A program made the translations under genes and the position numbers. Below, piece by piece: positions 33,401 through 44,154 of a stretch of 64,000 nucleotides of DNA; the first letter of the stretch is position 1; each line of letters opens with the position of its first letter. Under the pieces are notes generated by a model, which was not told the origin of the DNA, made no database searches, and saw only the letters and a program-made list of their open reading frames with translations. Location of the stretch: NCBI GenBank assembly GCA_963813715.1, contig CAWFAK010000007.1:96001-160000 (forward strand). Reading direction: 5' to 3'. The DNA comes from an uncultured Planctomycetaceae bacterium (GTDB lineage: Bacteria > Planctomycetota > Planctomycetia > Planctomycetales > Planctomycetaceae).

Positions 33401-34802
33401 ATGCCGCAGACGCAGGTCCCGCCCGGGCCTTCGGGAAAGCTCACCGCTCCGCTCCGATTTCTCGATTACTGCCGCGACCCGCTCGGCTACTTGACGCGGA
33501 TGGCCGCCAAGTATGGGGACGTCGTCGATTTTGCCGCCGGGCCGATGCCCTTCTACATGTTCAGCCATCCCGATGCGATTGAAGAGATCCTGCGACGCAA
33601 GCATCGGCTGTTCAAAAAAGACGCCTACATGGAGGCGCTGCGTCCCCTGCTCGGCAACGGCCTGCTGTGCAGCGAGGGCGAGGAGTGGAGACGGGCGCGG
33701 GCGATGGCCCAGCCGGCGTTTCAGGCCCGCCAGGTCCAGCAATACGCGGCGACGATGGTCGACTACACCGAGCGGATGATCGCCGGCTGGAAGCCGGGCG
33801 GAACCCGCAACGTGCACACCGACATGATGCGGCTCACTTCGCAAATCGTCACGAAGACCCTCTTTGACGTCGACGTGGAAGACGCCGAAGGCAGCATCGG
33901 CAAGAACCTCGAAGCGGCCATGCGGTTCTATGCCAACCCGTTGTCGATGTTCCCGAAGTGGCGACACGTCCCCACGCCCACCAACCTTCGCTTTCGCCGC
34001 ACGCTAGGCCATCTCGACGGGCTGATCCTGCAAATGATTCGCGAACGCCGCGCGGAAGGCCCCGGGGACCGCACGGATCTGCTCTCGCGACTGCTCTCGG
34101 CCGAGGATGAACAAGGCCGCAAAATGTCGGACTCGGAGCTGCGTGACGAGCTCTTGACGCTGTTTCTGGCCGGCCACGAAACGACGGCACTCACCCTCAC
34201 GTACGCCTTCTATTTGTTGGGCACGCATCCCGATGTCGAGAGCGAACTCTCACGCGGAGCTCGATCGCCTGCTGCCGGACCACCTGCCGGGTGTCGCCGA
34301 CATACCGGCCCTGCGCGTCACCGAGAATGTGATCAAGGAATCGATGCGGCTCTATCCTCCCGCCTGGACGCTCGGCCGCGAGGCGCTTGAAGACTGCGAA
34401 ATTGCCGGCTATCAGGTCAAGAAGGGAACGCAGGTGCTGATGGCGCAGTGGGTCGTGCATCGCGACGCGCGATTCTGGCCCGAGCCCGAGCGCTTCCGCC
34501 CGAGCCGCTGGGACGAAGAACAAACGAAGCAGTTGCCGCGGTGCGCCTATTTTCCCTTCGGCGACGGGCCGCGAGTCTGCATCGGCAACAACTTCGCGAT
34601 GATGGAAGCCGTGTTGCTCCTGGCGACGATTGCGCGGCGCATCCGGCTGGAGCTCGTTCCGGGGCAGAAGTTGCGGCTGGTCCCCTCCGTCACGATGCGC
34701 CCGCGCGACGGCATCATGGCCATCGTGCGAGAACGCTCGAGTTCCGCCGCCGTCGCTCGCAGCTGCAAAGGTGCGGCCGACGTCGAGTATGCGACTAACT
34801 GA
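33401..34802 (+). CDS. Cytochrome P450; frameshift near 34240
   Basis: AGHETT I-helix, ESMR (ExxR), PERF, heme motif FPFGDGPRVCIG. Confidence 0.95.
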
Positions 34803-35136
34803 CGCGTTGCCGCTTGCGTGCTCTCCAGTCCGCATTTCGCCATCGATCCCGCCGAAGGATTCGTGTCGGCCGGTCGTTTCCGCTCATTTTTCTGCGATTG
34901 TTCGTGTGTGCGAGATTCTTCGCAATTTGTTGCCGTCCGATTCCCCGACTTAAATCGCGAATCACTGAGAGCCCGCCGGCAATAAAGACCAAAAACCGTA
35001 AGAAACTCGAGATTGGAACCGTCGGGCTGACACCCGACGCTCGCCTGGACTTCGTCGATTTTCCGCGTGATATTCGCCCGGCGTCTGCGACTTACTAAGC
35101 GGAAGGATTTCGCCAAACATGCACGAAAGTGAGTGC

Positions 35137-35166
35137 TTGACAGTGTTAAACCGCTTTGCGTAGGAT
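35137..35166 (+). promoter_or_regulatory. Sigma70-type promoter of the rpmF-plsX-fabD operon
   Basis: TTGACA-N18-TAGGAT. Confidence 0.6.
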
Positions 35167-35278
35167 GCCTGAGCCAGAGCACCTCTGGGTGCTCGTCCGC
35201 GCAGGCTGGGTAAGTCTGTGTCGTTGCGACACGCGGGCGTAATTCGTTTTTGGGATTTAATTTAGAGAATTCGGTTCA

Positions 35279-35458
35279 ATGGCAGTCCCCAAAAGACGAC
35301 ATTCACACTCCCGCTCCCGCAAACGGCGCAGTCATAACGCGGTCAAGCCAATTCAGTTGGTTTACTGTCCCCAGTGTCAGACCCCGGCTCCGAGCCATAT
35401 GGTCTGTCCCAATTGCGGTTATTACCAAGGTCGAACGATCGTCGCGACCGCGGAGTAG
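35279..35458 (+). CDS. rpmF: 50S ribosomal protein L32, Zn-binding form (59 aa, absent from the ORF track)
   Basis: Manual translation MAVPKRRHSHSRSRKRRSH...CPQC...HMVCPNCGYYQGR. Confidence 0.97.
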   Translation: MAVPKRRHSHSRSRKRRSHNAVKPIQLVYCPQCQTPAPSHMVCPNCGYYQGRTIVATAE

Positions 35459-35479
35459 CCGGCGAAGGAAGAGCCTGTT

Positions 35480-36481
35480 ATGCGGATTGCGCTCGACGCC
35501 CTCGGGGGCGACTACGCTCCCGATCCGAATATTGACGGCGCCCTCGTTGCTCTCGAGGCGAATCCCGACCTCGAAATCGACCTCGTCGGCGACCCCTGCC
35601 TCCTTTCACCCCGCCTGGCCGAACGCAGCTACAGCGGCGATCGGCTCAAAGTCGTCCCTGCGGAGGGATGCATCGGCATGGAGGAAAAGCCGACCGAGGC
35701 CCTCCGCCGCAAACCCAACTCGTCGATTGCCGTCTGCTGGCGGCTGATGGCCGAACGGGCCGTCGACGCGGTGGTGAGCGCGGGGAACACGGGGGCCGTG
35801 GTTGCCGCCGGAATGCGGACTCGGCTCTACCTCAAGGGAGTCAAGCGGCCGGGCATCGCGGTTGCGCTGCCCAATCTGCGCGGCCGCTCGGTCCTGATGG
35901 ACGTCGGTGCCAATCCGGCGGCCCGTCCCGAGCATCTGTACCAATACGCGGTGATGGGGGCGATCTACGCTCGCAACATCCTGGGCATCGAAGAGCCGCG
36001 GGTCGGCTTGATCAACATCGGCAGCGAGGACGGCAAAGGAACCGATCTCTGCCGCGAAACGCACGCTCTCCTGCAGCACAGCCGGCTCAAGGAGCACTAC
36101 ATCGGCAACGTCGAAGGCCGTGGCCTGTACCAGGGCGAGGCGGACGTCCTGATCTGCGAGGGTTTTGTCGGCAACGTCGTGCTGAAGGTGAGCGAAGGCA
36201 TCGCCGAGTACTTTCTCCGCACGTTCCACCAGGAAGTGATCGGCCGGCTCGACCAGGATCGGGAGATGGCCGGGCGGATGCTGGGCGATCTGGCCCGCCG
36301 CTACCAGTACCACGAGCACGGCGGCGCTCCGCTGCTGGGGATCGACGGCATCTGCATCATTTGCCACGGCTCGAGCAACGCCCGGTCGATCACGAATGCC
36401 CTGCGGGCGGCGACGACCTTCAATCATCGCCAGATCAACGCGCAGATCGTCGAGGAGCTTGCCGTGGGGGTGGAGGCCTGA
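35480..36481 (+). CDS. plsX: Phosphate acyltransferase
   Basis: IALDALGGD, SAGNTG, DVGAN, GNVEG, GGAPLLGIDG, HGSS; follows rpmF. Confidence 0.96.
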   Translation: MRIALDALGGDYAPDPNIDGALVALEANPDLEIDLVGDPCLLSPRLAERSYSGDRLKVVPAEGCIGMEEKPTEALRRKPNSSIAVCWRLMAERAVDAVVSAGNTGAVVAAGMRTRLYLKGVKRPGIAVALPNLRGRSVLMDVGANPAARPEHLYQYAVMGAIYARNILGIEEPRVGLINIGSEDGKGTDLCRETHALLQHSRLKEHYIGNVEGRGLYQGEADVLICEGFVGNVVLKVSEGIAEYFLRTFHQEVIGRLDQDREMAGRMLGDLARRYQYHEHGGAPLLGIDGICIICHGSSNARSITNALRAATTFNHRQINAQIVEELAVGVEA

Positions 36482-36484
36482 CGC

Positions 36485-37401
36485 GTGGGCAAAATCGCGT
36501 TCCTCTTCCCAGGGCAAGGCGCACAGCACGTCGGCATGGGCCGGTCGATCGCCGAAAAGCTCCCGGCCGCGCGGCAACTCTACGAACAGGCGGACGAGAT
36601 CCTGGGCTTCCCGCTGTCGCGGGTCTGCTTCGAAGGGCCGGCGGCCGAGCTCGATACGACGGCCATCAGCCAGCCGGCCATTTTCGTGACGAGCCTCGCG
36701 GCCCTCGAGCTGCTCAGGGCGGAGAATCCGCAAGCGGTTGAATCGTGCGACGTAACGGCGGGCCTGAGCCTGGGGGAATACACGGCCCTGGTGTTCGCCG
36801 GGGCGATGTCTTTTGCCGACGGGCTGCGGGTAGTCAAACGTCGCGGCGAGGCAATGCAGGAAGCCTCCGACGCGACGCCCTCCGGGAATGGTGAGCGTGC
36901 TGCTCCTGGACCTCGAGAAAGTCGAGTCGATTCGCGAACGGGCGTCCGCCGCCGGCTATCTGGAGATCGCCAATTACCTCTGCCCGGGCAATCTGGCGCT
37001 TGTCGGGCGAGAAGGCGGCCTGTGAAAAGGCGGCCGAGATTGCCACAGCCGAGAGCGGCAAGGCCGTGCCCCTGGCGGTCGCCGGAGCCTTCCACACGCG
37101 ACTGATGAAGCCGGCCGACGAGCGGTTGGCAGAGGCCCTGGCGTCGGTTGCCATTCAGCGGCCGCGAATTCCGGTGATTTCCAACGTCGACGCCCAGTCG
37201 CACGACGATCCGGAGACGATCCGCCAAAACCTGGTGCGGCAGGTGGTCAGTCCGGTGCGTTGGGAAGACTGCATGCGAAACATGCTCAGTCAGGAGGTCA
37301 ACCAGTTCTTCGAGATCGGGCCCGGGCGAGTGCTGCGGGGGACATTGAAGCGGATTGATCGGAAGGCCGATTGCCAGACGGTCAACGATTCACCCCCCTG
37401 A
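36485..37401 (+). CDS. fabD: Malonyl-CoA:ACP transacylase; frameshifts near 36887 and 37000
   Basis: FPGQGAQ, QPAI, GLSLGEY, LAVAGAFH, PVRW, EIGPG. Confidence 0.93.
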
Positions 37402-37489
37402 CGGTTCGCGGCCGCCACTCCGTACGGAGGCCCCGTCCGGGCCACCGGGAGCTGCCCGGCGGCGTCAGGAATCCGGACCTCACCTGATG

Positions 37490-37518
37490 TTTACAGGAGC
37501 GTGCCAAGCAGCTATATC
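37490..37518 (+). promoter_or_regulatory. Candidate internal promoter for acpP-fabF
   Basis: TTTACA-N17-TATATC in the 330-bp fabD-acpP gap. Confidence 0.35.
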
Positions 37519-37731
37519 TTCGCACGTGCTTCGGACTTGCGAAGCTGCGCCAAAACCGGCCTCGGCCGGCACGACCGCAGGGCGAGACTGCTTCAGACCC
37601 CGAAATGTGACCGCCGACTAACACGCAATCGGGATTGGTACTCCAGACCGCCCGACGACAGCGCCTGGAAAGAATAGCGAAAACGCGACGTTTAAATAGC
37701 AACGATCAATTTGCTGCGGGAGGGTGACAGC

Positions 37732-37968
37732 GTGTCGACAATCGTTGAAGAAAAAGTCATCGGCATCGTCAGTGAACAATTGGGTGTGCCGAAGGAAGAG
37801 GTCAAACTCGACAGCTCGATTATCGAGGACCTCAAGGCCGACTCGCTCGACGTGGTCGAGCTGGTGATGGAGCTCGAAGACGAATTTGACATCACCATCC
37901 CCGACGACGACTACGAAAAGCTCAAGACCGTCGGCGACGCGATCAAGTACATCGACGAGAAGAAGTAA
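37732..37968 (+). CDS. acpP: Acyl carrier protein
   Basis: [23 protein letters not shown] start after GGAGG. Confidence 0.96.
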   Translation: MSTIVEEKVIGIVSEQLGVPKEEVKLDSSIIEDLKADSLDVVELVMELEDEFDITIPDDDYEKLKTVGDAIKYIDEKK

Positions 37969-37971
37969 GTA

Positions 37972-39216
37972 ATGAAGAGGCGCGTCGTGGTGACCGGCGC
38001 GGGGCTCGTCACCGCGCTCGGCTGCGAGTTGGCCGACTTCTGGGATCGGATCTGCGCCGGCAAGAGCGGCGTTGGACCTCTCAAGCGGTTCGACACCACC
38101 GACTTCAAGGTCACTTTCGGCGGCGAAATTCGCGACTTTGCTCCCGAAGATCACCTGGCCCTCGACGGCAAGGAGATCCGCCGGCTGGATCGCTTCGTCC
38201 AGTTCGCGATGGTGGCCTCGCATAAGGCCATCGAGCACTCGGGCATCGATCTGTCGCAGGGCGATTCGTACCGGCACGGCACGCTGATCGGCAGCGGCAT
38301 CGGCGGCCTGCACGAAATCGAAGAACAGCACTCGAAGCTCTACGAACGCGGCCCCTCGCGCGTCTCCCCGTTCATGATTCCCAAGCTGATCGTCAACGCG
38401 GCCAGCGGCAACGTCTCGATCCGTTGGCAACTGCGCGGCCCCAACAGCGCGGTCGCCACCGCCTGTGCCACCGCCACCAACGCCATCGGCGACGCGTATC
38501 GGTTGATTCAAAACGACATTGCCGACGTGATGCTGGCCGGAGGCAGCGAAGCGGCCATCACGCCGATGTGCCTCTCGGGCTTTGCGCGGATGAATGCCCT
38601 GTCGACGCGCAACCAAGACCCCGAGAGGGCCAGTCGCCCGTTCGATTCCGAGCGCGACGGCTTTGTGCTCTCCGAAGGGGCCGGCGTGTTGGTTCTGGAA
38701 GAGTACGAGCACGCCAAGAGCCGCGGAGCCACGCTCCTTGCGGAGATCTGCGGTTACGGCATGACGGCCGACGCAACCCACATGACGGCCCCCGACCCCG
38801 AGGGGCGCGGCGCGGCCCGCGCCATGTCCTGCGCTCTCAAGGACGCCCACATCGATCCCGAATCGATCGACTACATTAACGCCCACGGCACCAGCACGCC
38901 TCTGGGCGACAAGGCCGAAACGATGGCCATCAAGGCGGTTTTCGGCAGCCACGCGCGAAAGCTCGCCGTTTCCAGCACCAAGAGCCAGATCGGGCACCTG
39001 CTCGGGGCCTCGGGCGGCGTCGAAGCGATCGTCTCGATCCTGGCAATGCAGCACCAGGTCGCCCCGCCGACCATCAATCTGGAACATCCCGATCCCGAGT
39101 GCGATCTGGAATACGTGCCGAACGAAGCCCGGCCGATGAAGATCAACCGCGTTCTGAAAAACAGCTTCGGCTTCGGCGGCCACAACGCCTGCCTGGTGCT
39201 GGCCAAGACGGCTTAA
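37972..39216 (+). CDS. fabF: Beta-ketoacyl-ACP synthase II
   Basis: TACAT catalytic Cys, HGTST, GHLLGA, NSFGFGG. Confidence 0.96.
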   Translation: MKRRVVVTGAGLVTALGCELADFWDRICAGKSGVGPLKRFDTTDFKVTFGGEIRDFAPEDHLALDGKEIRRLDRFVQFAMVASHKAIEHSGIDLSQGDSYRHGTLIGSGIGGLHEIEEQHSKLYERGPSRVSPFMIPKLIVNAASGNVSIRWQLRGPNSAVATACATATNAIGDAYRLIQNDIADVMLAGGSEAAITPMCLSGFARMNALSTRNQDPERASRPFDSERDGFVLSEGAGVLVLEEYEHAKSRGATLLAEICGYGMTADATHMTAPDPEGRGAARAMSCALKDAHIDPESIDYINAHGTSTPLGDKAETMAIKAVFGSHARKLAVSSTKSQIGHLLGASGGVEAIVSILAMQHQVAPPTINLEHPDPECDLEYVPNEARPMKINRVLKNSFGFGGHNACLVLAKTA

Positions 39217-39237
39217 GACCTGGCCGCCGGATCATCG

Positions 39238-39999
39238 CTAGGCGGGCTCTTCTCGCCGATTCCACGTGACGCGTTGGTACTTCGGCGTGAGCGCGTGCAC
39301 CCGCTCCTCGACCGCTGCCGGATACGCGCCGGTCGGTGCGACGCTGCCAAACAGTCTCCCGATCGACTGGCCCATCCCGTCGACGAATGACGGATCAAGC
39401 GAGTTTGCCCATCGGGTTTCGGACTGGGCCAGATCGAGCATCCCGGGAAACTGCGGCGCGTGCTCGCTCCGGCGGATCAGCAGGCTGCCGTGCTGCAGAA
39501 CAGCCCCGCGACGACGCCGCTGAGCACTGCCCAGGATTTTTTGGCCGGCGATCACGATGTCCCGCGGATCGCCGCGACCGAAGCACAAAAACTCTCCTTC
39601 GCGTTCGGCAAGCGCCTCGCCGCGGAGGGTCGCGTGGATCCCCTGCTCCGCCAGCGCTCTGACGACCTGCTCGTGGACCCGTGCGTAGATCGACGTCGGA
39701 GATTCGGCCAAGGGATGACCCGGCGGCACGGTGCAGGAATAGGTCCACTCGTGGTGGTGCAGAATTGCACCGCCGCCCGTGAGGCGCCGCACGATCGGCA
39801 GGCCGGACAACTCGGCGATCGTGTGGGCAGCGTCGGCCGGTTGAAAGTAGCCCAGCGAAACGGTAGCCGCGCTCCAGCGATACCAACGAACCGTGCATTC
39901 GCCTCGCTCGAGGGCGCCTTCCAACAGCGCCTCGTCGAGCGCCATGTTGCGGACGCCGGTCTGAGGCTCCGACTCAATTACGACGCGGACGGTTCCCAT
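39238..39999 (-). CDS. Lipoate-protein ligase / octanoyltransferase (LplA/LipM-like)
   Basis: NMALDEALL, RRLTGGGAILH, KILGSAQ, LQHGS; downstream of the gcv genes. Confidence 0.9.
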   Translation of the reverse strand: MGTVRVVIESEPQTGVRNMALDEALLEGALERGECTVRWYRWSAATVSLGYFQPADAAHTIAELSGLPIVRRLTGGGAILHHHEWTYSCTVPPGHPLAESPTSIYARVHEQVVRALAEQGIHATLRGEALAEREGEFLCFGRGDPRDIVIAGQKILGSAQRRRRGAVLQHGSLLIRRSEHAPQFPGMLDLAQSETRWANSLDPSFVDGMGQSIGRLFGSVAPTGAYPAAVEERVHALTPKYQRVTWNRREEPA

Positions 40000-41450
40000 T
40001 TGAGGATCGGCTTGCGGGCCGCTTGAACGTCGTCGGGCCGGCTGACGAGCGTCGAATGCGGCGCGTCGTGGAGGTAACTGGGATCCTCGGCAACGATCTT
40101 GTGAATCGCGTCGGCAAACGCGTCGAGCGTTTCTTTCGATTCGGTCTCCGTCGGCTCCATCATCATCGCCTCGGCCACGACGAGCGGAAAATAGACGGTC
40201 GGCGCGTGAAAGCCGTAATCGAGCAGCCGCTTGGCCAGATCCATCGCGGAGATGCCCCGCTCCTTATAGAGATTGCGGGCCGAGGCGACGAACTCGTGCA
40301 TGCAGCGCTTGCCGTGCGGCGTGGGCAAGACGTCGGCGAGGCGTGCCATCAGATAGTTCGCATTGAGCACCGCATTTTCGGAAACCGCTTTCACTCCCTG
40401 CGGCCCCCAGCGTTCGCAGGTACAAGTAGCCCCGCAGCAAAATGCCGACGTTGCCAAAAAACGATCGCATGCGGCCGATCGACTTTCCCGGCACGCTGAG
40501 GCGGTAGGTCGGCTTGCCCGAAGGCCCGGCCTCGCGGATGACGACCGGCGCGGGCAGATAGTCGGCCAGGAAATCGCGTACGGCAATCGGACCGGCGCCG
40601 GGCCGCCCGCTCCGTGGGGTCCCGTAAACGTCTTGTGCACGTTGAAGTGCATCATGTCGCCGCCGAAATCGCCCGGCCGGGTGATTCCCAGGATGGCGTT
40701 CATGTTCGCGCCGTCGACGTAGACCAGCCCCCCCGCCTGGTGCAGCAATCGGGAGATCCGCGCGATCTCCGGCTCGAAAAGTCCGAGTGTATTGGGATTC
40801 GTGATCATGAATACGGCCGTCGACTCGTCGAGGTTCGCTTTGAGTTCCTCGAGATCGACGAGCCCCTCGGCCGACACATCCAGCTGCACGCACTCGAATC
40901 CCGCCAGGGCGGCGCTAGCCGGGTTGGTGCCGTGAGCGCTCGCGGGAAAGAGCACCTTGGTTCGCCGCTCGCCCTTGTCGTGAAAATAGGCGGCCGCGAC
41001 CAGGAGCGCCGTCAGCTCTCCCTGCGCACCGGCTGCCGGGTGCAGCGACACGGCGGGCAGTCCCGAGATCTCCGCCAGCATCTGCTGCAGCTCGTACAGA
41101 ATCGCCAGCATGCCTTGGGCGGCCTCGTCGATCTGATAGGGATGCAGATCGACCAGCCCCGGCAGGCGGGAGAGCCGTTCGTGCCGCTTGGGGTTGTACT
41201 TCATCGTACAACTGCCGAGCGGATAGAAATGCGTGTCGACCGACATGTTGAGGGTCGACAGATTGACGAAGTGGCGGATGACGTCGGGCTCCGCAAGCTC
41301 CGGCAATTCGCACGCAGTCGCGGCCAGCTGCGACTTGGGAATCAGCGAATCGAGCGGCCGAGGGGGAACGTCGCTCTCCGGAAACGTGCAGCCACGCCTG
41401 CCCGGATGCGCCAGCTCGACGAGCGGTTTGGTCGCCAAAAGATTACGCAT
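39978..41450 (-). CDS. gcvPB: Glycine dehydrogenase subunit 2; two compensating frameshifts near 40410 and 40605
   Basis: LGSCTMKYNP, HGTNPAS, DGANMNA, NVHKTF, EPTETE; the GPIAV...FFGNVG segment lies in ORF 40264..40893. Confidence 0.94.
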   Translation of the reverse strand: MRNLLATKPLVELAHPGRRGCTFPESDVPPRPLDSLIPKSQLAATACELPELAEPDVIRHFVNLSTLNMSVDTHFYPLGSCTMKYNPKRHERLSRLPGLVDLHPYQIDEAAQGMLAILYELQQMLAEISGLPAVSLHPAAGAQGELTALLVAAAYFHDKGERRTKVLFPASAHGTNPASAALAGFECVQLDVSAEGLVDLEELKANLDESTAVFMITNPNTLGLFEPEIARISRLLHQAGGLVYVDGANMNAILGITRPGDFGGDMMHFNVHKTFTGPHGAGGPAPVRLPYAISWPTICPRRSSSARPGLRASRPTASACRESRSAACDRFLATSAFCCGATCTCERWGPQGVKAVSENAVLNANYLMARLADVLPTPHGKRCMHEFVASARNLYKERGISAMDLAKRLLDYGFHAPTVYFPLVVAEAMMMEPTETESKETLDAFADAIHKIVAEDPSYLHDAPHSTLVSRPDDVQAARKPILKWEPSAS

Positions 41451-41524
41451 GGCCCTCGTTCGTTCGCGACAAGTTGACTCGAATCAGTCCCGCTTGCTCG
41501 ATTCCGTGACCCCAGCTCAATCGG

Positions 41525-42924
41525 TCACCCCAGCTGAGTCTCGCGCAGCGCTGGGATGCCGACCGCCGTCGCTTCCAAACCGCCGAGCGCGGCGACCAGC
41601 TCATCAATCTCCCGCCTGGTGCGTTTTTCTGTCACAGCGACCAAGAGCCGCGTCGCTCAGCGATTCGTCGACGGCCTCGCCAAATCGCCGCATCGCGGGC
41701 CCCAGATCGAATCCCGCGTCCCGCGCCCGCGCAAAACGCTTCGACGCCTCCGTCGCACCGCAGCGTAAATTCCTTGAAGAAAGGACGGTCGAATGCCAAC
41801 TGGACTCCGGGGATTCTCGTCAGCCGCTCGGCCGCGTAATGGGCTTTGCGGCAGCACAATTCGGACGCCTCTTTGAGTCCCTGCGGACCGACAAGCGAAA
41901 GGTAGGCGGTCGCGCAGAGCGCGAGCAGGCCCTGATTCGTGCAAATGTTGCTCGTGGCCTTTTCGCGGCGAATATGTTGCTCGCGGGCCTGCAGCGTCAG
42001 CACATAACAGGGACGGCCCTGGCGATCGGTCGTGCGGCCGACCAAACGTCCCGGCATCTTCCGCACGAATTCGTTTCGGCAAGTGAAGATCCCCAAGAAC
42101 GGTCCGCCGTACTGCATCGGAATGCCGAGCGACTGCCCCTCCGCCACTGCGACGTCGACCCCGTAGTCGCCAGGCCGCCGCAAGATTCCCAGGCTGATCG
42201 GATCGAAAGCCACGACCGACAGGGCACCGACCGAGCGCGCCTGCCGGCACAGCTCCTCCGGCTCTTCGAGGCAGCCGAAGAAATTGGGATGCTGGAAGAT
42301 CAGGCAGGCGGTCCGGTCGTCGACCAGCTTTTTCAAATCGGCCGGGTCGACCGTGCCGTTGTGCGTGCCGACAACCACCAGCTCGCACTTGAGATTCGAC
42401 AGATACGTTTCCAGCACCTGGCGATACTCGGGATGCACCGAACCGAGCACGACGACTTTTTCGTGCCGGCCCGTGACCCGCATTGCCATGAAGGCGGCTT
42501 CGCTCACCGCGGTGCCGGCCTCATACAGGCTGGCGTTGGAGACATCCATCCCCGTCAGGCGGCACACGAGCGACTGGTACTCGAAAAACGCCTGCAGACT
42601 CCCCTGGCTGGCCTCGGCCTGGTAGGGCGTGTAAGCGGTATAGAACTCGCCCCGCGAGACGACCTCATCGACCGCGGCCGGAATGAAGTGGTCGTAAACG
42701 CCGCCACCCATCAGGCAGACGCGATCGCCCCCCGCCACGTTCTTGCCCGCGAGCGTCCGCACGGTCCGCTCGAGTTCCATTTCGGTCAAGGCCGGCGGCA
42801 GGTCCAGCGGACGCGCGAGGCGACAGTCGGCAGGAACCTGTTGGAAGAGCTCGTCGATCGACTCGGCTCCGATCGTTCGCAGCATTTCGCGGCGCTGATC
42901 GGGCGTGTTGAAGAGGTAGCTCAC
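41525..42924 (-). CDS. gcvPA: Glycine dehydrogenase subunit 1; C-terminal frameshifts near 41650-41730
   Basis: YTPYQAEASQG, NASLYE, REQHIRREKATSNICTNQ; LLVAVTEKRT tail stops at 41525. Confidence 0.94.
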
Positions 42925-43313
42925 GCGTGCTCGCTCTCGTCGGCACAGTGCGCTTCGTAGGCGGCACGGTCCATCAATCCCGACAGCGAGGACGGATCGC
43001 TCAGCTTGAGCTTCATCATCCATCCCTTGCCGAACGGGTCGTCCGACAGCACTCCGAGATCGTCGGCAAGCGCCTCGTTCACCTCGACGATTTCGCCGGT
43101 CGCGGGCGCGTAAAGGTCGCTCACGGCCTTCACGCTTTCGACCTCGCCGAAGGTTTCGCCCTGGCGAATCGTGCGTCCCTTGCGGGGCAGCTCGATATGC
43201 ACCAGGTCCGTCAGCTGCTTGACCGCGAAATCCGTGATGCCCACCGTCGCCGTTTGTCCCTGGACCGAAATCCACTCGTGGGACTTTGCATATTTCAAGG
43301 AGTTGAGGTCCAT
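42921..43313 (-). CDS. gcvH: Glycine cleavage system H protein
   Basis: SHEW, VGITDFA, lipoyl-lysine motif ESVKAVSD, DPFGKGW. Confidence 0.96.
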   Translation of the reverse strand: MDLNSLKYAKSHEWISVQGQTATVGITDFAVKQLTDLVHIELPRKGRTIRQGETFGEVESVKAVSDLYAPATGEIVEVNEALADDLGVLSDDPFGKGWMMKLKLSDPSSLSGLMDRAAYEAHCADESEHA

Positions 43314-43533
43314 CCCCGGAAATTCCCTCTCCGAACGAACCGGCCCTGCCGGCAAATGGCGATCGGACGAACAGACAATGTTGTGTTTCAGGCTGCGGAG
43401 CGTGAAGGCGTCCGCGCGATGTGCCGATGCACACCATACATTCAGCCGCGCCGCCTGAAAAGCGAGCGAATGCAAAGTCCGTCGACGATCCGGCACGGCC
43501 CCGCGGCGCACGGCGATGCTCATCAAAAGGACG

Positions 43534-44007
43534 CTAGGGATTCGCGTTGGGAGGGGTCTGCGCGGCCGTCCGACCCTCATATTGCGCGATCTTCCCGAGC
43601 CGGCGGGCGTGGCGGCCGCCTTCGAACTCGGTCTTGAGCCAGATCTCGACCATGCGGTTGACCAAGCGATCCCCCAACAGGTCGGCCGAAAGGCACAGCA
43701 CGTTCGCATCGTTGTGCAGCCTGCTCATTTCGGCCGTTAGATCGTCGTGGCACGGGGCAGCGCGAATGCCGGGAAATTTGTTGGCGACGATGCACATCCC
43801 CATGCCCGTGCCACAAATCAGGATGCCGCGATCGACCTGGCGCGAGCTAACCGCGGCGGCGACCTTGGCCGCATAGTCGGGATAGTCGACGCTTTGTGAG
43901 CTTTCGGGGCCGAAATCGAGACCTTCGTGGCCCAGCTCGGCGAGCCGAGCGAGGATTTTTCCTTTGACCGCGAAACCACGGTGATCGCTGGCGACGGCGA
44001 TTTTCAT
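43534..44007 (-). CDS. rpiB: Ribose-5-phosphate isomerase B
   Basis: SDHRG, DYPDY, ICGTGMG, HNDANVL, FEGGRH. Confidence 0.96.
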   Translation of the reverse strand: MKIAVASDHRGFAVKGKILARLAELGHEGLDFGPESSQSVDYPDYAAKVAAAVSSRQVDRGILICGTGMGMCIVANKFPGIRAAPCHDDLTAEMSRLHNDANVLCLSADLLGDRLVNRMVEIWLKTEFEGGRHARRLGKIAQYEGRTAAQTPPNANP

Positions 44008-44154
44008 GCGTGTTGACGATCTCTCCGTTGCTATCCCAAGTGTTTGTTAGTTTCTCGCTTCGAGTCCCGGTCTACAAGCAGCTGTATCAGCCGTGAACGG
44101 AATTTGAGTCGCGAACAGAACTTAGATCCCGAACCAAATCCAAGCCGGCCGCGG

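Noticed and set aside
36485..37401. fabD and other split genes as pseudogenes or programmed frameshifts
   Set aside because: The breaks are scattered over many unrelated genes with no consistent slippery motif or other decay, so sequencing error is the simpler explanation.
41506..41540. Short duplicated gt(g/c)accccagct between gcvPA and gcvPB
   Set aside because: Only 12 bp in two copies; probably a local duplication of the gcvPA end.
43314..43533. Glycine riboswitch upstream of gcvH
   Set aside because: Only a cttttcagg fragment is present. The GGAGA and CCGAAG core elements are not in the required order.
44058..44075. T-loop-like ttcgagtcc (also ctcgattcc near 32751) suggesting a tRNA
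   Set aside because: No cloverleaf, D-arm or acceptor stem can be built around either site.
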